Counted from the stretch's first letter, positions 18,406 to 28,703 are shown. The stretch is 32,000 bases of DNA from Haloquadratum walsbyi C23 (GCF_000237865.1 NC_017459.1:2070001-2102000), one strand, 5' to 3'. Notes: generated by a model from the letters alone, not told the origin. Numbers and translations are program-made.

Positions 18406-19254
18406 TTAAAACGACTCAACACCATTGTCTGTAATTACTTGATCAATAAGTGACACAGGTGTTGCGTCATATGCAGGGTTCTCAATCATAATATCCTCAA
18501 GTGGCTCAAGTGACACCTCGGCTGGGGATCGATATTCATTTTCAAACACAAAGCTTCCGTCGACAACCTTCGCAGCTGACCCAACAACGGTAACAGGGAC
18601 ATCAACTGCAGCTGCTGTTGCAATAATCGGGAATGTCCCAACGCGATTATACAATGTTTCATCAACAATACAGTCCATCCCGACAACAACGCGGTCACAG
18701 TCTGATAAAAACGATCCTGCAGCACTGTCAACGAGTAGATGCGGTTCGACCTGCATCAGTTCAGCAAGTCGACGGGCAGCCTTTCGACCGAGATATCGAG
18801 GTCGTGCCTCTGTAACGTATACTTTGAGCGATGTCTTCGTGCTTGTTGCGCGCTCAATTGCCTCAAGCACCGTCGATGAATAATCATGTGTTAAAATCGT
18901 TGAGTCAGTCTCAAGTGTTGGGGCTGCTTTGGCAGCTGCTCGGGATTTTCCCTCAGTCACATCCTCAACAACACGGTGAATGACTTCTTCAAGCAGTTTT
19001 TTTGCCTCATCAAGATCGCTTTTGCGATCGACGACATTGATCTTGATTGTCTGCATCGCGTTGAATAATGACGCATGAGACGGATTTGCTCGTTTGAGGG
19101 CGCCAACGTTTCGCTCAAGATCGCGTTCGAAATTTTCAATTGTGGTATGATCCCGATCAAGTAAATCGGTGAGTGCCTGAGCCGCTTTGACAGCAACGAC
19201 TGAGGAGCTATGCGTCTGCATCTCTTGAATCTCTTCGATTGTCTCATCTATCAT
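18406..19254 (-). CDS. eIF-2B alpha/beta/delta-like family protein (aIF-2B subunit / ribose-1,5-bisphosphate isomerase-type)
   Basis: 282 aa. Family pattern YVTEARPRYLGRKAARRLAE...VVVGMDCIVDETLYNRVGTFPIA...NPAYDATP. Confidence 0.8.
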   Translation of the reverse strand: MIDETIEEIQEMQTHSSSVVAVKAAQALTDLLDRDHTTIENFERDLERNVGALKRANPSHASLFNAMQTIKINVVDRKSDLDEAKKLLEEVIHRVVEDVTEGKSRAAAKAAPTLETDSTILTHDYSSTVLEAIERATSTKTSLKVYVTEARPRYLGRKAARRLAELMQVEPHLLVDSAAGSFLSDCDRVVVGMDCIVDETLYNRVGTFPIIATAAAVDVPVTVVGSAAKVVDGSFVFENEYRSPAEVSLEPLEDIMIENPAYDATPVSLIDQVITDNGVESF

Positions 19255-19315
19255 ATTTCAGCCTCACCAACGGTGATGGAAATCCTTCTGCACATACAAC
19301 ATACGTGCTTTATTA

Positions 19316-20005
19316 TCATGATGTCTCCTCAGCAGTCGTTGTTGTGTCTGAATTCTGTTGTGTCGTCTGCGACGTCCCCGTTTCAGCATTTGAGTGTGAA
19401 TCTATGTCTATGCTTGGGTCTGGGTTTGGGTCTGGGTCCATATCCGCATCTGCATCTGTATTTGAATTTGTATTCGTATTTGAATTTGAATTTGTATTTG
19501 TGTGTGAGTCTACATGGGTGCGCGAGGAGACATCACTCGTACTCTTTTCTGAGGAAGCCGACGGAGTATTGACACTCTCTGTATCAACTCCATTTGTGTC
19601 AGTATTAGTATCACTCCAGCGCGCATAGCCGAATACAGAGAGTGCAGTAAGAATCCAAATCACGGCACCGACTCGGATAGCAAACCCAACGCGGGCTCCC
19701 CATGTTGGGAGTGTCGCCCCAAGAGAAAGTACGGTCACGACTGGCGCACCAATAATGATTGTGAGGACGAATGTCGTTTGCATCACCCATCCGTAGTCGA
19801 CCCCATCTGGGTCCGTTGTCTCGACCGGTTCCACAAAACAGTATTCGTCGCAGTCTTCAAAGTAATATCGGTTCAATCGGTGCTGGTGTGATCCACTAAT
19901 AAGATCAGCTGAATAACCAAGCTCAGTGAGTATCAAAGACGATACCTTGAGCACGAGTATGCTGATGAATGCCGATACTCGATACTTCAGCTCACCTGTG
20001 CTCAT
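19316..20005 (-). CDS. Membrane protein with a C-terminal T/N/S/D low-complexity tail
   Basis: Three hydrophobic helices. The tail NTNSNSNTNTNSNTDADADMDPDPNPDPSIDID is encoded by hexamer repeats at about 19395-19500. Confidence 0.7.
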   Translation of the reverse strand: MSTGELKYRVSAFISILVLKVSSLILTELGYSADLISGSHQHRLNRYYFEDCDEYCFVEPVETTDPDGVDYGWVMQTTFVLTIIIGAPVVTVLSLGATLPTWGARVGFAIRVGAVIWILTALSVFGYARWSDTNTDTNGVDTESVNTPSASSEKSTSDVSSRTHVDSHTNTNSNSNTNTNSNTDADADMDPDPNPDPSIDIDSHSNAETGTSQTTQQNSDTTTTAEETS

Positions 20006-20200
20006 TGAGACTGAATATATCTGTGAAATGATATTATTACAGTATATGATTGGTTATGACGCAATGATGATAACGCATTATTGTAGCAAAAGAATGTGAA
20101 CCGCAATACAACCACTGTTTGTGCATTACTACTGCAGTCATGCGATTTTTGTGCAACAGATTTATATATTGAACTCCCTAACTTATGGTTAGGAAACAAA

Positions 20201-20449
20201 ATGAAAACACAACAGTTCGCCGGCGAGAGCGGACGATTCAGCCGCCGGTACGAGTATGATGACAGTCGGGTCCTCGCCGTCGAATTAGGTCCCAGTGTAA
20301 CCACCGTTGATGTCGACATTGTTGGAACAACAGCAATCATTATTGCGGAGACAAGTGATGGTATGATTGAGACGGAATTTGAACTTCCAGAAGGTGAGAC
20401 GGCAGTCACAACAACCAACGGAATAATTACAATTACAATTGAACAATGA
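20201..20449 (+). CDS. Small Hsp20/alpha-crystallin-like beta-sandwich protein (82 aa), coupled to cdc48
   Basis: Start taken at [11 protein letters not shown] (20201). Pattern [15 protein letters not shown]...[15 protein letters not shown]...NGIITITIE. The stop overlaps the cdc48 ATG (ATGA). Confidence 0.65.
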   Translation: MKTQQFAGESGRFSRRYEYDDSRVLAVELGPSVTTVDVDIVGTTAIIIAETSDGMIETEFELPEGETAVTTTNGIITITIEQ

Positions 20450-22707
20450 AACTTACTGTCAAACCACTCAAACAGAAGGACGCTGGTCGTGGACTTGCCG
20501 CAGTTGACCGTGATGTCGCCGCTGAACTCGATCTTGAGGGCGGCGATTATATCCGAATCGAAAGCGGAGATGGCACAGCAATCGCTCGAGTATGGCCTGG
20601 CTATCCCGATGACCAAGGCACAGGTGTCATTCGGATTGATGGGCAATTGCGTCAACAGGCAGACGTTGGAATTGACGACACGGTTGATGTAGAAAAGGCT
20701 GATATCAGCCCGGCAAAACACGTCTCGATTGCACTTCCACAGAATCTTCGAATTAGTGGAAACATTGGCGCACACCTTCGAGATAAGCTCTCGGGACAGC
20801 CAGTGACACAGGGACAGAACATCCGGGTTCCATTCGGATTCGGGTTCATGTCCTCATCAGCACAGCCAATCCCGATGAAGATCGCATCGACAGAACCGTC
20901 AGGAACCGTAATTGTGACCGATTCAACAGAAGTCACACTCAGTCAACAGCCGGCTGAGGATATCCAAGCTGGTGAAAGTGAGAGTTCAAACACTCCAGCC
21001 GTTACCTATGAGGATATTGGCGGTCTCGAAAGAGAACTTGAGCAAGTTCGAGAGATGATTGAGTTGCCGATGCGTCATCCTGAGTTATTCCAACGGCTTG
21101 GCATTGAACCACCGAAGGGAGTGTTGTTACACGGTCCACCAGGAACCGGGAAGACACTTATCGCCAAGGCTGTTGCGAATGAGATTGATGCAAGCTTCCA
21201 TACAATCTCTGGTCCAGAGATTATGTCGAAATATTACGGAGAATCGGAGGAACAACTTCGTGAAATATTCGAAGAAGCCGAAGAGGAAGCTCCATCGATT
21301 GTCTTTGTTGATGAGATTGACTCAATCGCGCCAAAACGAGGCGAAGCCGGTGGTGACGTTGAGCGACGCGTCGTTGCACAACTGCTCTCGCTAATGGATG
21401 GGCTTGATGAGCGTGGTGAGGTTGTCGTCATCGGTGCAACGAATCGTGTCGACGCACTTGATCCAGCATTGCGTCGTGGCGGTCGATTTGATCGCGAAAT
21501 TGAGGTTGGTGTCCCAGATCGTGAGGGTCGCAAAGAGATTCTGCAAGTGCACACGCGGAATATGCCGCTTTCCGATAGTGTCAATCTTGATGAGTATGCG
21601 GATAACACCCATGGCTTTGTCGGTGCAGATATCGAAAGTCTCGCCAAAGAAGCAGCAATGAATGCGCTTCGCCGAATCCGTCCAGAGCTTGATCTTGAGG
21701 CTGACGAGGTTGATGCAGATGTCCTCGAATCGTTGTCGGTGACTGAAACTGACTTCAAGGATGCAATTCGGGGGATTGAGCCATCTGCCCTTCGTGAAGT
21801 ATTTGTTGAAGTCCCTGATGTGACGTGGGGTGATGTTGGTGGTCTAACGGAGACAAAAGAGCGATTACGCGAGACGATTCAATGGCCCCTTGATTATCCA
21901 GATGTATTCGAGGAGATGGATATACAATCAGCTAAGGGCGTATTGATGTATGGTCCGCCTGGGACAGGCAAGACAATGCTTGCAAAAGCGGTTGCAAACG
22001 AATCTGAATCGAATTTCATCTCGGTAAAGGGTCCAGAGCTACTGGATAAATACGTTGGTGAATCAGAGAAGGGTGTTCGCGACATCTTCAAGAAGGCACG
22101 AGAGAACGCCCCAACAGTGGTGTTCTTTGATGAGATCGACTCAATCGCGACTGAGCGCGGAGGAACATCAGGCGATTCAGGCGTTTCAGAACGAGTTGTT
22201 TCACAGCTACTGACCGAACTTGATGGACTTGAGTCACTCGAAGATGTGGTTATCATCGCAACAACAAATCGGCCTGATCTCATCGACGCTGCGTTACTAC
22301 GCCCCGGACGGTTAGACCGTCATGTGCATGTGCCTGTTCCAAGTGAAACTGCGCGAGAGGCGATCTTTGAGGTGCACACCGAGGAGAAGCCATTAGCGGA
22401 TAGCGTTAGTCTATCACGACTTGCCTCACGCACTGAAGGATATGTTGGTGCTGATATTGAGGCGGTATGTCGTGAAGCATCAATGGCTGCAAGTCGAGAG
22501 TTTATCAATAATGTCTCACCTGAAGAGGTGAAAGAATCGGTTGGTAATATTCGAGTGACGATGGGACACTTCGAGGATGCCCTTGATGAGGTTGGTCCAA
22601 GCGTGACTCAGGAAACACGCGAACAATATGAGCAAATCGAGCAGCGCTTTGAGACAAGCAATGTCGAACGACAACCAGAAGCTGGCGTCGGTCGGACCTT
22701 CCAGTAA
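20446..22707 (+). CDS. cdc48: CDC48/VCP-type AAA+ ATPase (two AAA domains)
   Basis: 753 aa. N-domain ([19 protein letters not shown]), two Walker A motifs GPPGTGKT, two Walker B motifs (FVDEIDS and FFDEIDS), and SRH regions. Confidence 0.95.
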   Translation: MKLTVKPLKQKDAGRGLAAVDRDVAAELDLEGGDYIRIESGDGTAIARVWPGYPDDQGTGVIRIDGQLRQQADVGIDDTVDVEKADISPAKHVSIALPQNLRISGNIGAHLRDKLSGQPVTQGQNIRVPFGFGFMSSSAQPIPMKIASTEPSGTVIVTDSTEVTLSQQPAEDIQAGESESSNTPAVTYEDIGGLERELEQVREMIELPMRHPELFQRLGIEPPKGVLLHGPPGTGKTLIAKAVANEIDASFHTISGPEIMSKYYGESEEQLREIFEEAEEEAPSIVFVDEIDSIAPKRGEAGGDVERRVVAQLLSLMDGLDERGEVVVIGATNRVDALDPALRRGGRFDREIEVGVPDREGRKEILQVHTRNMPLSDSVNLDEYADNTHGFVGADIESLAKEAAMNALRRIRPELDLEADEVDADVLESLSVTETDFKDAIRGIEPSALREVFVEVPDVTWGDVGGLTETKERLRETIQWPLDYPDVFEEMDIQSAKGVLMYGPPGTGKTMLAKAVANESESNFISVKGPELLDKYVGESEKGVRDIFKKARENAPTVVFFDEIDSIATERGGTSGDSGVSERVVSQLLTELDGLESLEDVVIIATTNRPDLIDAALLRPGRLDRHVHVPVPSETAREAIFEVHTEEKPLADSVSLSRLASRTEGYVGADIEAVCREASMAASREFINNVSPEEVKESVGNIRVTMGHFEDALDEVGPSVTQETREQYEQIEQRFETSNVERQPEAGVGRTFQ

Positions 22708-22796
22708 ACATCCGGTCATCGCTTTGATCATATCGTAATTGTATTATTTTATTTATCGATACTAACGCTGCGAAGGCTGTTAAATCGAATAGCAGA

Positions 22797-23267
22797 TTAT
22801 GAGATAACACCAGCAGCATCAAGATCAGTAATAATTGATTCGACGTGGTTCGTGGGTGAAACCCCCTCATACGCAAACGCAATTGTTCCCATGGGATCAA
22901 TAATATATGTATTCCGAAACACCCCATCGAAAGTGTTGCCGAACATATTTTTCTCACCATATGAGTCATATGCACTGGCAACAGTTCCATCATCTGAAAG
23001 CAGTGGAAACGGGAGATAATATTCATTGGCGAAGGCGTCTAAATCAGAGACTGGATCATCACTGATGCCAATCACCGCAATGTCATGTGTCATAAATACA
23101 TCAACCGTATCGCGGAACTCGCACGCCTCAGTGGTACATCCTGGTGTATCAGCGCGGGGAAAGAAATAAACAACAACATACTGATTACGATAGGATGACA
23201 GTGAGACCGTCGTTCCATCATTTGATGGAAGTGAAAACGTCGGAGCGGATGAACCAGGTTCAAGCAT
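22797..23267 (-). CDS. bcp: Peroxiredoxin, BCP type
   Basis: FFPRADTPGCTTEAC is the peroxidatic Cys motif. 156 aa. Confidence 0.9.
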   Translation of the reverse strand: MLEPGSSAPTFSLPSNDGTTVSLSSYRNQYVVVYFFPRADTPGCTTEACEFRDTVDVFMTHDIAVIGISDDPVSDLDAFANEYYLPFPLLSDDGTVASAYDSYGEKNMFGNTFDGVFRNTYIIDPMGTIAFAYEGVSPTNHVESIITDLDAAGVIS

Positions 23268-23314
23268 GTATATACGCGATTGTCATAGTTCTTCAACAAC
23301 ACGGTTTCGCTTAA

Positions 23315-24739
23315 TCAATCAAGCCGTTCCGCAGCATCCCGAGATAGAAGCGGCTCAGCGTTTGTTTCTGGAAGCATAATGATATCTTCTGCCGCAAGGT
23401 CGTATTCACGCTGATCAACGCCAAGAATGCGACCAACATCGGCAGTAATACGAAGTACAACACGGTCTGGGTCATCAGAGGGAGTATCTGGTGGTAGATC
23501 TGATTCGACTTCGGGTTCTGTTTCTCTTTCTAAACTGCCACTGCCTTCATCTGTCTTTGTCTCGGTCTCGGTCTCGGTCTGCGCATTAAGGATATCATCT
23601 GAGTCGCGGTTAATGTCCGTGGGTTCTGCCGAAGGTGTGGTAGAAGAATCAGCAGGGTGAGGCTGAGGATCAACCCCAGGGTTAGCATTAACGTTGGAAT
23701 GAGGGTCTGAATCGACCTGAGTTGACTGGCTTGATAACTCAGAGGCAGAAGCAGGAGCTTGAGATTGAGCTTGAACATTATTCGGTGTGTCAGTGTTTGT
23801 GTTACTTCTATTCGGATTTCGTGAAGTCGACTGTGCTGTCGTATCGCCGTTAATCGCTGGATTGCTTTGATCAGTATCTGATGTATCAGTGTTGGTATCT
23901 ACAGATGACTCATCAGTTGCATCGACAATATCGCCGCCATCACCCATTGCCGCGGCAAGGACATCATCCGGGTCTGGCGGGAGTGGATCGTCAGATGAAT
24001 GTGAGCGCTGTCTCTCAGTTTCAGTCTCAGTTTCAGTCTCAGTGTCGGTGTTCACCTCGGTTGCCACATGCGAATCTGGTATTGAGTCAGCACTCGTCTG
24101 ATTTTCTATATCAATATCAACTTCAGGATTGGCATCACTGTCGCCATTACTATCAGCATCAGCATTACTCTCAGCACCAGTATTGGGAATACCTGGGTGT
24201 GAATTGGTCTCCTGTGATTGAGACTCAACTGTAGCTTTGTGTTTATTATCTGCTGGTTCGGCTGGTACCGACTCATCTGTTTCGTTCTGAGTTGCATTTT
24301 CATCTGCAGATGCCGGGGTTTCCACGCTTGTTGAGTCTGAATCTTCTGTCCCTTCGCCGCCAAGCACGCTGAGGACATGTTCACGATTTGTAATAATTCG
24401 ATTAACAAGATCATCGAATAGTTCGCGTTCCTCACTTGTCAGACCTGCAGTGTCGGTCTTCATATCAGCCGCGTCGAACGAAGCAAGCTTGACAACTTTA
24501 CCGATCCGGCGTTCATAAATAGCCTTCACAACCTCTTCGGCAGTTTTGATCTCATCAGTCAGTCGCCCAACAGCAGGGTCGCCAAAGGGATCATCCGTTG
24601 TTGATGCAAGCCGTCGTCGTTCCGCCTTCCGCTCAGCGATGTATTCAGCAACATCTGCATAGAATGTATCAGATAGATGCTGCAGGCTATCCATCTGTCG
24701 TTCTGTCCGCTGGACGTCCTGCAGTTCGGTTAAATCCAT
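23315..24739 (-). CDS. ginS: DNA replication factor GINS subunit with a ~300 aa low-complexity insertion
   Basis: The N-terminal helical domain (MDLTELQDVQRTERQ...AEEVVKAIYERRIGKVVKLA...LFDDLVNRI) and the C-terminal small domain (VVLRITADVGRILGVDQREYDLAAEDIIMLPETNAEPL) fit archaeal Gins51-type proteins. The gene lies downstream of priS, as in many archaea. Confidence 0.75.
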   Translation of the reverse strand: MDLTELQDVQRTERQMDSLQHLSDTFYADVAEYIAERKAERRRLASTTDDPFGDPAVGRLTDEIKTAEEVVKAIYERRIGKVVKLASFDAADMKTDTAGLTSEERELFDDLVNRIITNREHVLSVLGGEGTEDSDSTSVETPASADENATQNETDESVPAEPADNKHKATVESQSQETNSHPGIPNTGAESNADADSNGDSDANPEVDIDIENQTSADSIPDSHVATEVNTDTETETETETERQRSHSSDDPLPPDPDDVLAAAMGDGGDIVDATDESSVDTNTDTSDTDQSNPAINGDTTAQSTSRNPNRSNTNTDTPNNVQAQSQAPASASELSSQSTQVDSDPHSNVNANPGVDPQPHPADSSTTPSAEPTDINRDSDDILNAQTETETETKTDEGSGSLERETEPEVESDLPPDTPSDDPDRVVLRITADVGRILGVDQREYDLAAEDIIMLPETNAEPLLSRDAAERLD

Positions 24740-25062
24740 CTGTTATGATTCAATTCCGGTATTGTGGCTCATAGGGTACATTCGTTTCTTGCTCCCACAA
24801 ATGGGTCGCACTAATATCTAATCAAGATTAGTAATCATCACCCTAAATACTTTATCTCATAGTCGGAGCAAGAACTTATTCTATAAGTATAGGTTCATCA
24901 TTCAGTGATGTAATTGTGGGCTTAGGTGTGTCGTACCCACAGAGGACTTTATACTGACGTTCCAAATAACAGAGCATCATAAATCACTGATAATCAGTGT
25001 TTTATTGGCTACCGAGTTGTTCACATAGCTGAATTCCGGAGAGACACAGTCTCAATTGTATT

Positions 25063-26220
25063 TCATTCAGTCACTTTCTCAGCTCGACCACGAGCCATCA
25101 GGAAAATCCCTAAGCACTCTTCGACAGTCTTGTTTCCTTCAGTGATATCAAACGTCTCACCATCAAATGTCGTCACTCCGGAGTCGGTGATTTGTATCTG
25201 TATGTCTCGACCTCGAAATCGATCAGCAATAGCATGCTCAAGTGGGTGAAACGAGGGGATCTCTTCACGGTCAAGTGGGGTAACCAGTAATCCTGACCCG
25301 CCATGAAGGCTTCCAGGGAGTCTAATCAGACGGTTCGTATCAGTCGTCACTGGTTCATCGATTGGTGCAGTCTCCGCTTCGAATGCTGTTTGTGCAAGTG
25401 CATCAGCAAGGATGCGGATCCCTGCACCGCCAGCCTCAAGATTTCCTGCGTGAATTGCCTCTGGATTATTTTGAATCTGTCCAAGAATTGTCTCTGCTCG
25501 TCCTGTCCCAATCCCCTCAAACGATTGCAATCGTTCAAGAGCTTCTGTATCATCACTTGCTTGGAGAGTATCGATAAGTTCAATTAACCGTTTGTGAATG
25601 CGCTGTCCCCATCCACCACGATGCTTTAAAATCCGTTGTGTCGTGCCGTGATTCGATTGTGTCTCAATGAGTGTCTCAATGTTGAGATCGATTGCACGAA
25701 TATAATCAACAATCTCTCGACGAGCAGCGCTATCAAGCGAACGAACCTGCTCATCGCGGACGTGCACGTGATATCCCCGCCCCCCGGAAAAGACAACTTG
25801 CGTTTCATCGAAATTAAAATCATCGTCAATAAACTCAAGTAGCGTTTGAAGCTCCGTCTTACACGCTGTGAGCATATCTGCATATGATGTGGTATCGGGA
25901 TTGACTCCTGGGAGGTGATCAGCATCAAGATCAAATATGAGATCAGCCGATTGCCAGTCTTTTTGATCCATTGTCGTTGCACCCGGGTCATTAAACCGTG
26001 CTGCAGAGAAGTATATGTGCTTTGGAGCAGTCCGATGAAGGAAGTCATCGAGGGTGCCTAATTCAAGAAGTGATTGATGACGGACCATTGTCGTGCTTCC
26101 AACACTCCAAGGAATATGTCCCCATTCACGGCGATTGGCTGCTGGTGGCGTATCCATCCGAGCACGAGCATAGTAATCGCCGAAACGACCTTTCAGATAC
26201 GTTCGAGTGCGATCCTCCAT
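25063..26220 (-). CDS. priS: DNA primase small (catalytic) subunit PriS
   Basis: [10 protein letters not shown] is the catalytic acidic motif. [10 protein letters not shown] and [12 protein letters not shown] are also present. Start placed at [17 protein letters not shown] (26220); the ORF extends to a GTG at 26271. Confidence 0.9.
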   Translation of the reverse strand: MEDRTRTYLKGRFGDYYARARMDTPPAANRREWGHIPWSVGSTTMVRHQSLLELGTLDDFLHRTAPKHIYFSAARFNDPGATTMDQKDWQSADLIFDLDADHLPGVNPDTTSYADMLTACKTELQTLLEFIDDDFNFDETQVVFSGGRGYHVHVRDEQVRSLDSAARREIVDYIRAIDLNIETLIETQSNHGTTQRILKHRGGWGQRIHKRLIELIDTLQASDDTEALERLQSFEGIGTGRAETILGQIQNNPEAIHAGNLEAGGAGIRILADALAQTAFEAETAPIDEPVTTDTNRLIRLPGSLHGGSGLLVTPLDREEIPSFHPLEHAIADRFRGRDIQIQITDSGVTTFDGETFDITEGNKTVEECLGIFLMARGRAEKVTE

Positions 26221-26390
26221 CGCTCGCGATATATTCAAGGCGAGGCTAAATCGGTTGCGTCTCATCCTCACTGACGTAACGGCGTCATATATTCTAGAAA
26301 GGTGTGAGTGACTGTTGACATCCTCATCCGCCTGAAGACGGGAGGGATCACGACACCGTACCGCTTCGCTTGGTCGGGAGTGTCAGCTTT

Positions 26391-26444
26391 GGCTCTGGCT
26401 CTGGGTTTGGGTTTGGGTTTGGGTTTCGGTTTGGGTTTTGGTTT
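26391..26444. repeat. Nine tandem hexamers: (GGCTCT)2 (GGGTTT)4 CGGTTT GGGTTT TGGTTT
   Basis: Read directly. Flanked by the inverted repeat GCTTGGTCGGGAGT (26368-26381) and ACTCCCAATACCAAGC (26449-26464). Confidence 0.95.
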
Positions 26445-26871
26445 ACAGACTCCCAATACCAAGCCAGTCCACCGTTGGAATCGGTGTGTGGTCGGTCACT
26501 GCGCAATCTCCAGGGAGTGCCACATCTCAGCCCCCAGTACTCCTCTCTTCACCCGATGCGAAGTCCCTGTGTTGGTTGTGCCACAGGAGCTTCGGTCAGT
26601 GGTCGGCACTCGGGTTCACCAGATTCGGAGTTACTTGCATTGGTGACGAGAGCCCGGTGCTTGCCGTTTGATTCCCATATGGGGCACACCCTGTTTCCAG
26701 CGTGGGCGGACACTCACACTCGAACCGCCACGTTTCAGGCGTTCGGCTACACCAGGGTCAGAGCTGATGTGCCGACACTCGCATACACGCCGTTGTCAAA
26801 AAACCGGTTGGAAACCACAGTATGACGGCGCGTATCCATGTCGTGAACAGGCGTGGTATTGCGCCTGTACC
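26440..26871 (-). ncRNA. Large structured ncRNA (~430 nt). Best guess is RNase P RNA; identity and exact ends are unconfirmed.
   Basis: By my count 26461-26640 is 57-60% GC, whereas the flanks are AT-rich. The only ORFs give nonsense G/F/S-rich translations. Terminal pairings: 26865-26871 with 26440-26448, and 26855-26861 with 26454-26460. A co-linear long-range helix totals 17 bp (26467-26473/26705-26711, 26477-26480/26695-26698, 26483-26488/26685-26690). A 9 bp helix pairs 26785-26793 with 26825-26833. Two of these helices contain a pair that is G-U on the minus strand but an A-C mismatch on the plus strand. On the minus strand GGCUU directly precedes the 3' strand of the second terminal helix, as in RNase P CR-V, and unpaired segments are A-rich (GGAAAC, UGAAAC, GGUGAA). 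The canonical GAGGAAAGUCC motif was not found. Confidence 0.5.
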
Positions 26872-26964
26872 ATCGATAATATGTGGTCAATGAGAAATAC
26901 CAATATCATTAAACTATAGTTGTGCATCTGCATCCGGAATATCCTTGCCAACAGACATCGAATT

Positions 26965-28377
26965 ATGGATATGACGGTGACACTCACTACCCGCGAACTT
27001 TCAGAACTAACACCGGATGAGCGGGCAGCATTTTTTGATCGAGATGCTGGGGTGGCTGATGCTCGCGCAGGCGCTCGTGATATCCTGGATCGTGTTCGAA
27101 ACGAGGGTGACGTGGCGCTTCGTGAACTTGCCCGCGAACACGACGATGTCGAGGTTGGGACAATTAATGTGACCGATACTGCAGAACGAGCATATGATGA
27201 CATTGATGAGGCAGTTCGTACATCACTCGAGACAGCAGCCGCGAATATACGCGCGTTTCATCAAGAGCAGATTCCAGATGACTGGCGACATACATATGAT
27301 GAGGACCACCGCGAGCTAGGGCGTCGATTTCGTCCACTCGACCGGGTTGGCGTATACGCTCCTGGTGGAACCGCAGCGTATCCATCAAGTGTCTTGATGG
27401 GTGTTATCCCAGCTATCGTCGCTGGTGTTGAACACGTCGCGCTTGCAACGCCACCAGGAGACCCAGTTCATCCAGTGACGCGTGCAGCTGCTCATATTGC
27501 GGGTGCAGATCGAATTTACGCTGTTGGTGGCGCACAGGCTGTTGGAGCACTTACATATGGGACTGAGTCAATTGATGCCGTACAGAAGATTGTTGGACCT
27601 GGCAATCGGTGGGTCACAGCGGCGAAGGCAGAGGTTCGAGGTGATGTCGATATTGATTTTCTTGCTGGTCCCTCAGAGGTTCTCGTGATTGCTGATGAGA
27701 CTGCAACGCCTCAGTATGTTGCTGCGGACTTGCTTGCACAGGCTGAGCATGACCCAAACGCGTCAGTCGTCGCTGTCACCGATGATCAAAAAACTGGTGA
27801 GGCAATTGTCAAAGCAATCGAAACTCAAGTGAATGCTCGAGAGCGCTCAGATGTTATTATAGAAGCACTTGAACAGGCCGCATCAGGTGTCATCGTCACT
27901 CGATCCATGTCAGAGGCAATTGTGTTCGCCGAGGAATATGCTGCAGAGCATCTCTCAATTCAGGCTGCAGATGATGAAGCAATTCTTGATCGAATTAAGA
28001 ACGCAGGAAGTGTGTTCTTAGGCTCGCATACACCAGTAGCAGCCGGTGATTATGCTTCAGGAACAAACCATGTGCTTCCGACTTCTGGTGGCGCGCGTCA
28101 ACATGGCGGGCTGTCTGTCGACACGTTCCTCCGGTCAACGACGGTTCAGCGTATTGATGAAATAGGATTGAACCGCCTGGATAAAACAATCCAAACACTC
28201 GCAACAGCAGAAGGACTTGAGGCGCATGCTGAGAGTATTCAAGTCCGGACCGGACCAGCCGATGTCAAAGCTGAATCAGAATCGACAAACGAACGCGGTG
28301 GTGACGCGGATACCGATGACAATGAGCCAAAAGACACGACTGACCACGGTGTCACGACCACTGAGTCGAGCGAATAG
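26965..28377 (+). CDS. hisD: Histidinol dehydrogenase
   Basis: Start taken at MDMTVTL (26965). Motifs [16 protein letters not shown] and [10 protein letters not shown]. Acidic C-terminal tail. Confidence 0.9.
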   Translation: MDMTVTLTTRELSELTPDERAAFFDRDAGVADARAGARDILDRVRNEGDVALRELAREHDDVEVGTINVTDTAERAYDDIDEAVRTSLETAAANIRAFHQEQIPDDWRHTYDEDHRELGRRFRPLDRVGVYAPGGTAAYPSSVLMGVIPAIVAGVEHVALATPPGDPVHPVTRAAAHIAGADRIYAVGGAQAVGALTYGTESIDAVQKIVGPGNRWVTAAKAEVRGDVDIDFLAGPSEVLVIADETATPQYVAADLLAQAEHDPNASVVAVTDDQKTGEAIVKAIETQVNARERSDVIIEALEQAASGVIVTRSMSEAIVFAEEYAAEHLSIQAADDEAILDRIKNAGSVFLGSHTPVAAGDYASGTNHVLPTSGGARQHGGLSVDTFLRSTTVQRIDEIGLNRLDKTIQTLATAEGLEAHAESIQVRTGPADVKAESESTNERGGDADTDDNEPKDTTDHGVTTTESSE

Positions 28378-28703
28378 CAGTTTTTACCACTGTGATTATT
28401 ATTGTTCGAGATAAGACGTGCCAAGCGGCATTTTAAATCTGAGCGCGGATTCGCAGATAACTATTCGCATTATCAACCACTGAGAAGATCCACTGGTTCC
28501 CAGAGGACATGAATATCGATGATATGGAGATTGCAACAATCGCAACCTCATCATCAACGGTCAAAGACTGTGTATAGCTGCCTGAGAAGACCGCTCACAT
28601 ACAGCGTTCGGCGAGCGCCAACAGTATCGAAACCACAGATGACCCATGATATGAGACTAATGATAGCGTCACCATTAACTCGGTAGATATGGTATCATAA
28701 ATC

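Noticed and set aside
19395-19500. Hexamer repeat tract (GGGTCT/GGGTTT then ATTTGA/ATTTGT units) as an independent repeat element
   Set aside because: It lies inside the 19316..20005 minus-strand CDS and simply encodes its N/T/S/D/P low-complexity tail.
20002-20775. 257 aa minus-strand ORF overlapping the Hsp20-like gene and the cdc48 5' end
   Set aside because: It overlaps two plus-strand genes with clear motifs, and its Cys/Ser/Ile-rich composition is non-acidic.
26391-26444. CRISPR array
   Set aside because: The units are 6 bp and contiguous, with no spacers. There are no cas genes in the window.
26268-26462. 64 aa minus-strand ORF encoding (KP)8 upstream of priS, a possible uORF
   Set aside because: The KP run is just the reverse frame of (GGGTTT)n. 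There is no independent support, and the real priS start is most likely further downstream at 26220.
26717-26729. tRNA T-arm-like GGCGGTTCGAGTG on the minus strand
   Set aside because: There is no complementary T-stem 3' strand, acceptor stem or anticodon arm around it. It is part of a larger hairpin in the structured element.
26308-26825. Plus-strand ORFs of 112, 151 and 77 aa across the hexamer repeat and the GC-rich element
   Set aside because: Their translations (GLGLGLGFGLGFGL and GSGSGFGFGFGFRF, followed by Pro/Ser/Arg-rich text) are repeat-driven and not protein-like. The region is better explained as structured RNA plus a microsatellite.
26440-26871. SRP (7S) RNA as the identity of the structured element
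   Set aside because: I could not find the universal helix 8 motif (GGAA tetraloop flanked by AGG...AGCA) on either strand. At about 430 nt the element is also longer than the roughly 300 nt of archaeal SRP RNAs.
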